Positions 44,372-54,362 of a stretch of DNA of 64,000 nucleotides are shown here, one piece after another; the first letter of the stretch is position 1, and each line of letters starts with the position of its first letter. Made by a program: the position numbers and the translations under genes. The notes under the pieces are model-generated. The model was not told the DNA's origin. It did no database searches and was given only the letters and a program-made list of their open reading frames with translations. The DNA is taken from the NCBI GenBank assembly GCA_965209015.1, contig OZ242367.1, forward strand, positions 566,785 through 630,784, read 5' to 3'. Origin of the DNA: Rhodothermales bacterium (GTDB lineage: Bacteria > Bacteroidota > Rhodothermia > Rhodothermales > Bin80).

Positions 44372-44545
44372 ATGACCGAGGCTAACGAAAAACGCATTGT
44401 AAAGGCACTGGAGGATCTGTGCAAACTCAAACAACAAGATGTTGAGCATCTAAAAGCAATTCGCCTACATCTTAAAGGAATTGAAGAGCAATTAAAGTTC
44501 ATAGACAATCCAGCATTGCAAAGTCGCCAGATGCGTCCAAGATGA
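44372..44545 (+). CDS. 57-aa coiled-coil peptide
   Basis: MTEANEKRIVKALEDLCKLKQQDVEHLKAIRLHLKGIEEQLK..., translated by hand. Confidence 0.4.
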   Translation: MTEANEKRIVKALEDLCKLKQQDVEHLKAIRLHLKGIEEQLKFIDNPALQSRQMRPR

Positions 44546-44557
44546 GCGTCCCGTGTC

Positions 44558-45538
44558 CTAAACTGCCATTGAGTTCAGCCCGTTCTTGCGTATAAGTCTC
44601 CGATACGGAAGCGACTTCCCCTCAAATCCTTTCGCAGCTTGCTCCATTTGCTCCACCGTATCATATCCGCGTACATTGTGTCTACCAACAAATTCATCTA
44701 CGTAACGCTGTAGGTGCTTCGGTGACATTCGGTGATACGTCCCATAATAGCCCCGCTTGAGCAGCGCCCAAAACGATTCAATTCCGTTCGTATGGGCTTC
44801 TCCGTCCACATACTCCTTGACCGAGTGCTTAACGGTCTTGTGAGCGGCTCTCTTTAACGCCTGATACGCTCTTGCGTCATCGGTGTATACTTGTGCCTTT
44901 TCGTCAGAAGTGTCGTATACGAAGCCTGTGAGCGTCTGAGCGGTCGTATCTTGAACGACCTGTGCTTGTAACTGCTTGGTGTTACGGTCTTTTGTGCCAA
45001 CTACAGCCGTCTTGCCAACCGCTCCACGCCCCGCGTGAAGTTTCTTCGATTCGTGCTTGTTCTTCTCTTTCCCGCCTATGTAGGTCTCATCTACTTCTAC
45101 TGGTCCCATAAATGGCGCAAGACTGGTATCGTACGTCTGTCGGATTCTATGTGCCAGATACCAGGCGGTTTTTTGAGTAACACCAAGATCGCGGTGCAAC
45201 TTCATACTGGACACGCCTTTGATGCCAGTACTCATAATGTAAATGACAATCGCCCACACCTGGTATCCTAAGTTACTCCGTTGCATCACAGTTCCCACAC
45301 GTACGCTGAACCGCTTGCGGCATTGCCGTTGCCTGCACCGATAAGGCATGGTAGGATGAGAAGCGCCAGTTTGCACGTTCTCTGACCCGCAGTGTGGGCA
45401 GCACGGTTTATTGCCCCAACGCTGTTTCGCAAACCACTTTTCAGCAGTTGCATCATTGGGAAACATCCTCATCAGCTTAACCCATGAGATGCCTTGACGG
45501 TAGGATTGTCCAGGTCCGGTTCTTACTTTATCACTCAT
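44558..45538 (-). CDS. IS1595 family transposase
   Basis: Zn ribbon CPHCGS...CRQRQC, VEVDETYIGG, VYTD, HTNGIESFWALLKRG. Confidence 0.95.
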   Translation of the reverse strand: MSDKVRTGPGQSYRQGISWVKLMRMFPNDATAEKWFAKQRWGNKPCCPHCGSENVQTGASHPTMPYRCRQRQCRKRFSVRVGTVMQRSNLGYQVWAIVIYIMSTGIKGVSSMKLHRDLGVTQKTAWYLAHRIRQTYDTSLAPFMGPVEVDETYIGGKEKNKHESKKLHAGRGAVGKTAVVGTKDRNTKQLQAQVVQDTTAQTLTGFVYDTSDEKAQVYTDDARAYQALKRAAHKTVKHSVKEYVDGEAHTNGIESFWALLKRGYYGTYHRMSPKHLQRYVDEFVGRHNVRGYDTVEQMEQAAKGFEGKSLPYRRLIRKNGLNSMAV

Positions 45539-45852
45539 CGTATAGCACTTGTGTTTATGTAAGTGCTTATACGTGTTGGGGTACTAAAAGTTCCAAAAAT
45601 GGCAACTTTCTCTAACTAGGCGGGGTACTTAGGTATATAATTCCCATTATTTTCCCTCAATATCATTAGATTACTAACTCGTAAAACTGACACTTGATTT
45701 GATCCTAACGCTATAAATAATATGAGTACTACGAGGTAAATGAGCCACTGAATACGATTGATGTGAGCCACCGAATCCGAACGTTGGGGGAACGTCCAGT
45801 CTAGATTGTTGTTATCCTGTAGTAGGAGATTATTCTAAAACCGAGCAAATCA

Positions 45853-46347
45853 ATGACCTATACCAAGCCTGCTGATCTAGGAATGGCAAAACGCGAAGCA
45901 GACAAGTTGACGGATATATATTCGTCACCACCAGTACCTGTTCTGGAAATTGCAGAGGAGAATGGCGTCAAGGTTAGGTTTGTTAACTTTGGGTCTCACT
46001 CAAGTACTGTTTCTGGGTACTGCGATTTCACAAAAGACGAGATATTCGTCAATGGTGAGGAGATACCTCAACGCCAGAGCTTCACAATAGCACATGAACT
46101 GGGGCACTGGTTCATGCACCGAAGTTTTTTTTTAGATAATCCAGAGACGTATCCGGTTCTGTTGCGGACGAACAACTCTAATACCAACGGTCCGCTGGAA
46201 AAAGAAGCCAACGCATTTGCTGCCCACCTTCTTGTCCCCAATCGATTATTGAAGCGAGTACAGAGCCAAGGGGCGAATGCTACTGTGCTGGCTAATCTTT
46301 TCTTCGTGTCAAGGTCTATGATGGAAATAAGGATGAGGGGAAGGTAG
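45853..46347 (+). CDS. ImmA/IrrE family metallo-endopeptidase (no HTH)
   Basis: RQSFTIAHELGH and EKEANAFAAHLLVP motifs. Confidence 0.9.
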   Translation: MTYTKPADLGMAKREADKLTDIYSSPPVPVLEIAEENGVKVRFVNFGSHSSTVSGYCDFTKDEIFVNGEEIPQRQSFTIAHELGHWFMHRSFFLDNPETYPVLLRTNNSNTNGPLEKEANAFAAHLLVPNRLLKRVQSQGANATVLANLFFVSRSMMEIRMRGR

Positions 46348-46349
46348 GT

Positions 46350-46760
46350 ATGAGCGCAGAGGTACAGGAGGACGGACACGACCAATTTATTTCACCTAGT
46401 GATCTTGGAGAGACATTATCTTCAACTCCAGATAATGAACGAGATTACTTTTTTGCCGTCTATTCTCAAACCTTGAAATCGTGGACGGAATACGAACACT
46501 TCCTCGGGGTCAGGCAGCATTATCAACATAAAGGACGTTGGTCAGAGTTCTTGTTGGTAGCCATAGCTGGTATGATCTTTTACCAAATGGTGCTATTGAT
46601 TCTTGTAGGGATCAACTGGCTTGACTTTAGTGATTATGACTGGCTCTTGCCTGGTCTCCTTGTTCAGAATATGGCACAAATTGTGGGCCTATCAATCTAC
46701 GCAGTTAAGAACTTGTTTAGCGACATAATGCCAAATAAAGGTAGCAAAGTAGGCAGGTAA
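46350..46760 (+). CDS. Two-TM membrane protein, co-transcribed with the peptidase
   Basis: Starts 2 nt after the upstream stop; two hydrophobic segments. Confidence 0.7.
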   Translation: MSAEVQEDGHDQFISPSDLGETLSSTPDNERDYFFAVYSQTLKSWTEYEHFLGVRQHYQHKGRWSEFLLVAIAGMIFYQMVLLILVGINWLDFSDYDWLLPGLLVQNMAQIVGLSIYAVKNLFSDIMPNKGSKVGR

Positions 46761-47427
46761 GAAGTTTTTCGACTCTTCAAGTTCTGCGGATTTCCCAAAG
46801 TTCTATCCGTCTATCAATGGGCTTGAAAAACGCCTGAAGTACTGTTTCTGTATTTCAAAGGGAATATCAAAGATTGAGTTGAATACTGTGTCTTAGGTAC
46901 CTTTTTTTATCGCCGAGTCTCCTGTCAGCTTGCCCAGCGTTTTTAGAACCAAAGTCTGGAAACAAATCAGACATTCTACAACACACAAGGCTCGGTGTCA
47001 GGCTAGAAAGAGAACGGTGCTATTTTGTGTTAACACAGGTAGTATAGTATCGAACGTAGCCCTCAGCAAATAATGAATGCAATTCTGGATTTTCAAATCT
47101 ACCGCCGCTTCATTAGTGGGTTTTATTTCTTGATTTTGTCGTTGAACAGGTCATTTCAAAATCTTTATTTGAATTCGGATAGCTGGAAAAGGTGATTTTA
47201 TACCGAATGCATAGATGGGGACTCCGGAGTCTATACTTTAATGATCCGCTCCTAACCTTGATGCAATTACCGTAGCCTAGTAAAAATCAGTTCGTCTGAT
47301 CCTTATGAATGAAACAGCTTCAATTAGGGATCTTGAATTCATCAAAAATTCATAAATCCGCAAGCGCTTACGAGCTGAACCAAGTGTACTCAATGCGTAA
47401 ACATGGAACAATTAATTCAGAAATCCA

Positions 47428-47727
47428 ATGATTTTCAAAAAAATTAGCCCCAAAGGGCGTTCCGTACGGGTAACATTTGAACTTCCGATTGAAGAAGCAC
47501 ATCAAAGTGCGAGCTTGGTTGGTACCTTCAATGACTGGGATTCAACCGAGCATCCCATGCAGCGCAATGATCGCAAGGGAGTATGGACGGTGGCGGTATC
47601 CTTCAAGCCTGGCTCTCAAATTGAATTCCGCTATTTCATAGACGGACACAGATGGGACAACGAGCCCCAGGCTGACTACCAAGCGCCAAACCCGCATTAT
47701 TCGGAAAATAGTGTCTTGACACTTTAG
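47428..47727 (+). CDS. Isoamylase early-set / CBM48-like protein
   Basis: VRVTFELP, SLVGTFNDW, EFRYFIDGHRWDNEPQAD, ENSVL. Confidence 0.85.
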   Translation: MIFKKISPKGRSVRVTFELPIEEAHQSASLVGTFNDWDSTEHPMQRNDRKGVWTVAVSFKPGSQIEFRYFIDGHRWDNEPQADYQAPNPHYSENSVLTL

Positions 47728-48266
47728 CCGAAAAGGAGTAGGACAACATACACAGCAGCAATCATCGCAAATACATCGGCGATGAGACCCGCTGGAACGG
47801 CGTGACGAGTCTTTCGGATATTGACTGCCCCAAAGTAAACCGCAATCACATAAAAAGTGGTTTCGGTGGATCCAAACATGGTGGCAACCATCTTGACGAG
47901 GATAGAATCTTCGCCATACTGGTTGATCATGTCAAGAACGATTCCTACGGATCCCGACCCCGTGAGCGGACGCACAATCCCCATGGGAATCACTTCGGCA
48001 GGGATCCCGATCAAACCTACGATCGGGCGTAGCAGATCCGTCAGAAAATCCATCGCTCCACTTGCACGAAACATCCCTATCGCAAACAGGATGGCAATCA
48101 GGTACGGGATGATCATGACCGCTACCTGAAATCCCTCCTTTGCCCCATCTACAAATACTTCATAGACCCGCACTTTTCGGATCATCCCGTAAAGAGGGAA
48201 TCCAACGAGGATTGCAGGTAAGACCAGTGCGGATGCGTAATCCAGTAAGATCTGTAAGATGTTCAT
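47724..48266 (-). CDS. spmB: Spore maturation protein B-like (Gate domain) membrane protein
   Basis: VYEVFVDGAKEG, RPLTGSG, GSTETTFYVIAVYFG. Confidence 0.88.
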   Translation of the reverse strand: MNILQILLDYASALVLPAILVGFPLYGMIRKVRVYEVFVDGAKEGFQVAVMIIPYLIAILFAIGMFRASGAMDFLTDLLRPIVGLIGIPAEVIPMGIVRPLTGSGSVGIVLDMINQYGEDSILVKMVATMFGSTETTFYVIAVYFGAVNIRKTRHAVPAGLIADVFAMIAAVYVVLLLFG

Positions 48267-49207
48267 GCGTCCACCTCCCTGTAGCGCTTGAATTGACCTA
48301 ACAGTCTGACGGCACTGATCCCAACGATCAGCGAGAGAAAGGTCGTAATTAAAATGGAGAAAAATAGTTGATTAATTTGTAGCCCCATAATGGCAACAAG
48401 TGTAACCGGAGGTAAAATTTGAACACTTGCCGTATTCATGGCAAGTAACATTACCATGGGATCTGTTGCCGTGTCTTCGGTTTTATTCAGAGTCTGAAGT
48501 TCTTGCATTGCTCGGATACCAAGCGGGGTTGCCGCATTCCCCATTCCCAACATATTCGCGGACAGGTTCAACACGATCAGGCCAAGGGCAGGATGATCTT
48601 TGGGTACTTTCGGGAAGAGTGGACGGATGAGTGGTTGTGTCACTCGGACCAAGGCCTGCAATATCCCTGAGACCTCTGCGATCTTTAGTAGTCCCATCCA
48701 GAGCCCCAGACCTCCAATGAGCCCCAAAGCAAGAGTGACAGCTGTTTTAGCAAAATCCAGTGCAGCAGCAGCAATTGCATTCATCTTCACCCAACGTACG
48801 GGCTCAAATAGGATCGCTGTCTGCCATTCAGAATGGTTGGGAATACCCATCAATGAACCACGACAATCATTCTGGCCAGTTTCAGAACAGATCGTTCGTA
48901 GCGGATCAACTAATTCAGCCCCCTCAGCGAATCGAAGTTCGCGACCGGCAGAGGTTTGAAGAAGCACACCAGACCATGTACCTCCAGTGATCGTAGTGTC
49001 CCCATAATGGGACGCAAGGTCACGCCTTAGGAGCCCAATCTCAACGGGCTGTCGGCGGGCATCGGGTGCATAATCATTCTTGAAGGTAACAGTTAAGGGA
49101 AGAGGGGTACCGTTCCGATAGGTGTCTTGGACGAAATCAGTCACATCATTGATGAGAGCGAATATTAGACTCAGGACAATCAGACCTCCCCAGATATAAT
49201 TTAGCAT
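48263..49207 (-). CDS. spmA: Spore maturation protein A-like nucleoside recognition protein with periplasmic insert
   Basis: MLNYIW, ANMLGMGNAATPLGIRAM, LAMNTAS. Confidence 0.85.
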   Translation of the reverse strand: MLNYIWGGLIVLSLIFALINDVTDFVQDTYRNGTPLPLTVTFKNDYAPDARRQPVEIGLLRRDLASHYGDTTITGGTWSGVLLQTSAGRELRFAEGAELVDPLRTICSETGQNDCRGSLMGIPNHSEWQTAILFEPVRWVKMNAIAAAALDFAKTAVTLALGLIGGLGLWMGLLKIAEVSGILQALVRVTQPLIRPLFPKVPKDHPALGLIVLNLSANMLGMGNAATPLGIRAMQELQTLNKTEDTATDPMVMLLAMNTASVQILPPVTLVAIMGLQINQLFFSILITTFLSLIVGISAVRLLGQFKRYREVDA

Positions 49208-49466
49208 ACTAGTCAGTGTCTGTGGTTGGCGGAAGGGGCTGCATCCATAATGGGAGAGTCAGAGACATACAAATTTATGAGGATATGTCAGGAGAGTGAA
49301 CTACGACATTCGCTCCTTCTACAAATGAGTACTCATCTACATGGATATCCATGCTCACATTCTCCTTCTATACACAATACTGTCCCGAGTGTATGAGGTC
49401 ATTCCGATCTCAAAGCTTGGGGTGATTCATAAAATTATCCGAGGTTGACGCAGGTCAGTACAAATA

Positions 49467-49994
49467 TTACAAACTGAATCGGATTCCGAAAATTAATTGT
49501 TGGGCGCGATCCGTAATCTTACCTCCGGCAAAAATAACATCATAAGAGTAGAATACCAGTGCCCCCGCGGTGAATCTCCTGGTAATTTCAGGCTCTTCGC
49601 CGGCAAAACACTCAAGGCCAATGAAGGATTGTCTATTGCACTCTTTTTCTGTGACTCGGTATCCGAGGAGTGCAAAGATGGAGAGGGCTTGTTTTGGATC
49701 TCGAAACCCTATCTGGTATCCGCCGGTCAGATATAAAACGCTATTGGACACAATTTCATCTCTACCAAACGTTTGATCCCGTGCGTCTCCGTCAGTACCA
49801 ACTTCAACCCCATAGGCAAGTCCACTCTGGGATCGGTGGGGTAGACGGATGAGCCCTAAAGAGGTAGATTGACTACCGCCCAGTCCTATATACGGCCCCC
49901 AATCAAAAGGTGGTACCTCCTCTTGAGTCTCCTGCGCATGAGCAGACAGCACAGTAAATGAAATGAGTAGAGTTACAAGAAAAAAATTCTTCAT
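49467..49994 (-). CDS. Small outer-membrane beta-barrel-like exported protein
   Basis: Signal peptide AHA|QE; alternating beta pattern; C-terminal FGIRF. Confidence 0.6.
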   Translation of the reverse strand: MKNFFLVTLLISFTVLSAHAQETQEEVPPFDWGPYIGLGGSQSTSLGLIRLPHRSQSGLAYGVEVGTDGDARDQTFGRDEIVSNSVLYLTGGYQIGFRDPKQALSIFALLGYRVTEKECNRQSFIGLECFAGEEPEITRRFTAGALVFYSYDVIFAGGKITDRAQQLIFGIRFSL

Positions 49995-50198
49995 CGTTTC
50001 AGTTAGATTGAGTCAAAAGATAATTCGTACTGCAATACCATTCTATATTTATTGTCTATGATTCCAGATTTACATGTCCAAGTGGAAAAATATCCCGAAC
50101 TTTTACGATGAGGATCAGGTGTGACTTCAAAAAACTAAGGACTTCAAAGAGACGGATAGGTCTAATCGCTTTGAGGGGAATTCGCTGAATGCTTCACC

Positions 50199-52058
50199 TT
50201 ATGGTTGATCTGTAAAATACATCTGAATCTCTTTTGCCAGAGATGGTCCAATAATATTCTTCAAATCTCTTTCCTCCGCCTCTTTGACTCTCTGAACCGA
50301 TCCGAACGCTCGAATCAGTTTCTTCAAAGTCTTTGGACCTACACCAGGGATTTGTAACAACTCTGAATGCAAGAGACGGGTTTTTCGTTGTTTACGCTGA
50401 ATTTTGACAGCAAACCTGTGCGCCTCATCGCGTACACGTTGAATCAATTGCAGAGATGCGCTCTGTTTCGCAATATGGTAAGGATCTTGGTCATTGGGAA
50501 AATAGACCTCTTCTAGACGTTTAGAAAGCCCGATGATAGGAAATTTTCCGAATGTATCTGTCTCTCGGAGAGCTCTGATTGCACTGGAGAGTTGACCTTT
50601 TCCTCCATCTACCACAACAAGATCAGGCCACGGACCATCTTCCTTTTGGATTCGCTGAAATCGACGTCGAACCGCTTCTTCCATGGAAAGAAAATCATCA
50701 GGCTTACCATCGGGAACGCTACGGATTTTGTAGCTTCGATAATCGCTCTTACGAGGGCGACCATTAAGAAAAACGATACAGGAAGCCACCGTACCCGTTC
50801 CACCAAGGTGAGATATATCAAAGCATTCAATTCGTTTGGGTAGTTTATGAAGCCTCAGATCGGTCTTCAGAGCCTTCACGGCAAAAGGGATTCGGTCTTC
50901 TCCCCTCTTAAGTAAATCAAGCTTGAATTCCCCAAGTAGTAGGTCTGCATTGGCTTGTACCATACGCATCAGTTCTGCTTTCCGACCGCGCTGAGGAGTA
51001 TGTAGAAAAACTTTTTTTCCGCGCTGGGTAGTCAGAAAGTCCACCAACATTTCGGGTTCAGCTATCGGAGTTCCAAGAAGGACTTGCTCAGGAAAGAACG
51101 CTGTTTGCGTGTAATAATTTTCTACATAGTGTTGCAAGAGTACAGAATCCTCATACCCATCAATCTGACGCATAATTTTATGTTCGCGCCCAATGATTTT
51201 ACCCTCCCGAACTTTAAAACAGATTCCCACGGCCGCATTCTCATCGCGCGCAGTAGCGAGAGCAAATAAATCTCGGTCCACGGGAGTGGAGATAATCACT
51301 TTTTGTTTCTGAGCATAGGTCTCCAGTGCATGAATTTGATTCCGCAAACGCCCTGCCTCTTCGTATTTCTGCTCTTCGCTGGCCTTCAGCATTGTCTCTT
51401 GTAGCGTCTGTCTTAGTGCACCCGTATGCCCCTTAAGTAGCATTTCAACCTGTGCAATTGTCTCATCGTATGACTCCTCAGATTGGTGGCCAACACAAGG
51501 GCCTGCACATTTCTTGATATGAAATTCTAGGCAAGTCTGATACTTGCCGGAAAGGATTGGCTCGGGGGACAGATCCAGAGAGCAGGTCCGAAGTTTGAAG
51601 ATGGATCGGATTGCCCCAAGTGCACGCCTCATGTTCGGGACATCCGTGTACGGACCAAAATACTTGGAACCGTCTTTTAGGATGCGCCGAGTCGTGAAAA
51701 TACGGGGGAAACGCTCATTCTTGATACAGATATAGGGATAGGTCTTATCATCACGGAGATTGATGTTGTAGCGGGGCTGTCGTTCTTTGATCAAATTATT
51801 TTCTAGAATGAGCGCCTCGGTTTCATTATCCGTTACGATCACCTGCACATCGGTCGCTTTGGTCATCAATAACTTGATACGACCCTGAAGTTGTGCATCC
51901 TTGCGAAGATATGATCGAACACGACTTCGCAAGTTATTGGCTTTACCGATATAAAGTGGATTGCCTCCTTGATCCAAAAACTGGTATACGCCACAACTAG
52001 TCGGTAGCTCGGATACTTTAGTCCGAAGAGTTTCTTGGTTGTCCACAGGCTCACTCAT
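50199..52058 (-). CDS. uvrC: Excinuclease ABC subunit C
   Basis: GIY-YIG GVY...YIGKA, RIECFDISH, VDGGKGQLS, RDEAHRFA, HhH. Confidence 0.97.
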   Translation of the reverse strand: MSEPVDNQETLRTKVSELPTSCGVYQFLDQGGNPLYIGKANNLRSRVRSYLRKDAQLQGRIKLLMTKATDVQVIVTDNETEALILENNLIKERQPRYNINLRDDKTYPYICIKNERFPRIFTTRRILKDGSKYFGPYTDVPNMRRALGAIRSIFKLRTCSLDLSPEPILSGKYQTCLEFHIKKCAGPCVGHQSEESYDETIAQVEMLLKGHTGALRQTLQETMLKASEEQKYEEAGRLRNQIHALETYAQKQKVIISTPVDRDLFALATARDENAAVGICFKVREGKIIGREHKIMRQIDGYEDSVLLQHYVENYYTQTAFFPEQVLLGTPIAEPEMLVDFLTTQRGKKVFLHTPQRGRKAELMRMVQANADLLLGEFKLDLLKRGEDRIPFAVKALKTDLRLHKLPKRIECFDISHLGGTGTVASCIVFLNGRPRKSDYRSYKIRSVPDGKPDDFLSMEEAVRRRFQRIQKEDGPWPDLVVVDGGKGQLSSAIRALRETDTFGKFPIIGLSKRLEEVYFPNDQDPYHIAKQSASLQLIQRVRDEAHRFAVKIQRKQRKTRLLHSELLQIPGVGPKTLKKLIRAFGSVQRVKEAEERDLKNIIGPSLAKEIQMYFTDQP

Positions 52059-52797
52059 TCTCTAACGATGACCAGAAATTTATCAGAACCGGGGGGAGAC
52101 ACTCAGGTTGTGAATTCTCTGGAAGAACAACCAAGTGAGCATTTGGCCAGAGCACTTGAAGCGATTGCGCGGAATGGGATGCCGTACTGACCTCGCTGAT
52201 CAGGGTTGGAACTGAAGGGGGATCAGGTCTCTGATTCCATATCTTGAAGGATGCATTGTGTACTACAAGACTCTGACACCGCGCAGGGAGTTCTTCACTG
52301 GTCACAACATGTCTAAGTGAGTTCTCATCAGAGGTGCAATACCCGGTTGACCGCATCATTTTCTCAAGTTCAGTACAGGATATAAATTGGACGGAGTACT
52401 GCTGATGAGGTTGACAAAATTCGAACAGAATTCCGCAGGTATCCTTTGGATGGAGAAAAAAGATGCTCTTCCCGCCAGCTCCAGGTATCGGTGTGTCGGT
52501 CAGGGGACGAAACCCGGCCCGCGCCATTCGTTCAAGTTGTAGCTGAGCATCCGTGACCCGGAATGCAACATGATGAAGCCCCTCCCCACGTTTTTCAAGA
52601 TGCTTCGCCACCGCAGAGTCCACACGGAAAGACTCCAGAGTTTCAAGTCGTGTATCCCTGCCATAGAATCGAACTCGAACTCCCTGTAGATCAATATCTT
52701 CTGGAAGTGAAGACCCTGAATTGACAAGTTCATCAAGAAGGTTCTCGATTATTTTTCCATCCTTGACGGCAATTCCTATATGATCAACGGGCAGCAT
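52051..52797 (-). CDS. mce: Methylmalonyl-CoA epimerase (VOC) with C-terminal extension
   Basis: DHIGIAV, GEGLHHVAF, FLHPKDTCGILFE. Confidence 0.8.
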   Translation of the reverse strand: MLPVDHIGIAVKDGKIIENLLDELVNSGSSLPEDIDLQGVRVRFYGRDTRLETLESFRVDSAVAKHLEKRGEGLHHVAFRVTDAQLQLERMARAGFRPLTDTPIPGAGGKSIFFLHPKDTCGILFEFCQPHQQYSVQFISCTELEKMMRSTGYCTSDENSLRHVVTSEELPARCQSLVVHNASFKIWNQRPDPPSVPTLISEVSTASHSAQSLQVLWPNAHLVVLPENSQPECLPPVLINFWSSLENE

Positions 52798-52882
52798 GAG
52801 ATAGGTTTCCAGAGATAAGAGATCAAAGTTAATATAGAGAAAGTATCGGAGTCAATTTAGAGAAAATTGCGTATACCCATCC

Positions 52883-54199
52883 ATGAGTCAAGTAGTCCAG
52901 AAAAGGATAACGTCATCCGATGATCGTTCCGAGGCAATCCGTCAATTGTTACGCATCACACAAGAGGGAGCCTATCGTGGGCTAATTGATCACGATGCAA
53001 GGCCGCGAGTGGTTGCCTTGGTTTCTGTTGTCACTCGCTGGAGACGATATTTGTTGTTTTTGCTCCACCACTTCTTAAAAAACAAATCAAAACCTCTTCC
53101 ACCAGTTCTGGAGCAGCTTCTATTGGTGGGAATTGCAGAAATTATCCTCTTGAACATCCCTGCTTATGCAGCTGTCAATGAATGCGTAAATCTTGCTCGC
53201 TCCATGCAACTCCCAACTGGATTGACCAACGGAGTGCTTAGAACCGTAGCTCGTGCGCATTCTTCTTTGCCTGAACCAGATACAGGTAACTCAGTCCGTG
53301 ATTTGGCTATTCGGTGGTCACATCCCACTTGGCTAACCAAAAGATATATCCGTCGTTTTGGCATAGACGAGGCCACGCATCTTCTGAGGTGCAATAATGC
53401 CGCTCCAACGTATACCATTCGAGTAAACCGGATGCAGATGACTGCGGAAGAGTTAAGGGATGAACTTACTGCACAGAATATTTGCGTGAGTCGTTCAATG
53501 TTCCTAGAAGATTTTCTGCGAATTAGATCTTTGGGTTACTTGATTCGAGAGGGTTATTTGGAACGTGGGATATGTTCTGTACAGGATGAGAGTGCTGGAT
53601 TGGTTGTTGCACTTTTGAATCCTCAGCCGGGCGAAACGATATTAGATACATGTGCTGCTCCAGGGGGTAAAGCACTAGCGATCGCCTGCCGAATGAAAGG
53701 CCGCGGGCAGCTACATGCCTGGGATATTCATCCCAATCGTCTTCAAAAAGTGGAACAGCAGGCACTGGCTCAGGGTCTGAAAAATATTCACATTCGTGCT
53801 GTCAATCTTTTGGAGAGCTCTCCGATGCTCGCAGATCGTGTACTAATAGATGTTCCATGCAGTGGGACCGGCGTTCTGGGCAAGCGCGCAGACCTACGCT
53901 GGCGCCGGAGCGAGGCAGACCTTGATCAGCTAATCAAATTGCAACAAAGCTTGTTAAATGCCACTGCGAACTGTGTCCGTGCAGGAGGACTCCTAGTTTA
54001 TAGTACCTGCTCAATTGAGCCGGAAGAAAATGAAGAGCAGATTAGATCGTTTTTGAAGCGCCATCCAGCTTATTGTCTTGAATACGCTGAGAATCTTATT
54101 CCTCCTGAAGTTCAGACTTCGGAGGGGTTTCTGGCCACGCTCCCGCATGTTCACAGCACTGATGGTGCATTTGCTGCCCGTCTACGTAGATGCACATGA
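52883..54199 (+). CDS. rsmB: 16S rRNA m5C967 methyltransferase RsmB
   Basis: NusB-like N-terminus, SHPTW, VQDES, DTCAAPGGK, DVPCSGTG, YSTCS. Confidence 0.92.
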   Translation: MSQVVQKRITSSDDRSEAIRQLLRITQEGAYRGLIDHDARPRVVALVSVVTRWRRYLLFLLHHFLKNKSKPLPPVLEQLLLVGIAEIILLNIPAYAAVNECVNLARSMQLPTGLTNGVLRTVARAHSSLPEPDTGNSVRDLAIRWSHPTWLTKRYIRRFGIDEATHLLRCNNAAPTYTIRVNRMQMTAEELRDELTAQNICVSRSMFLEDFLRIRSLGYLIREGYLERGICSVQDESAGLVVALLNPQPGETILDTCAAPGGKALAIACRMKGRGQLHAWDIHPNRLQKVEQQALAQGLKNIHIRAVNLLESSPMLADRVLIDVPCSGTGVLGKRADLRWRRSEADLDQLIKLQQSLLNATANCVRAGGLLVYSTCSIEPEENEEQIRSFLKRHPAYCLEYAENLIPPEVQTSEGFLATLPHVHSTDGAFAARLRRCT

Positions 54200-54362
54200 G
54201 GGTTAGATCATAGAAAATGGATTTTCCGCTTGAACAGCACCCCTTAGGCAACGTACATGGAAGAGGAAAAGGACTAACCACTTCGCCAATTCGTTTTGAT
54301 CCTGAGAGGTCACTGGAAGCGTCTTTCGGGTATTTAGAACTGAACTTATAATCGGAATAATT

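Larger units (their letters stand above)
41972..45645 (-). mobile_element. IS1595-family transporter IS with passenger genes (3674 bp)
   Basis: 36-bp TIR GGGAATTATATACCTAAGTACCCC(A/G)CCTAGTTAGAG with 1 mismatch; 8-bp TSD ATTATTTT at 41964-41971 and 45646-45653. Confidence 0.93.
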
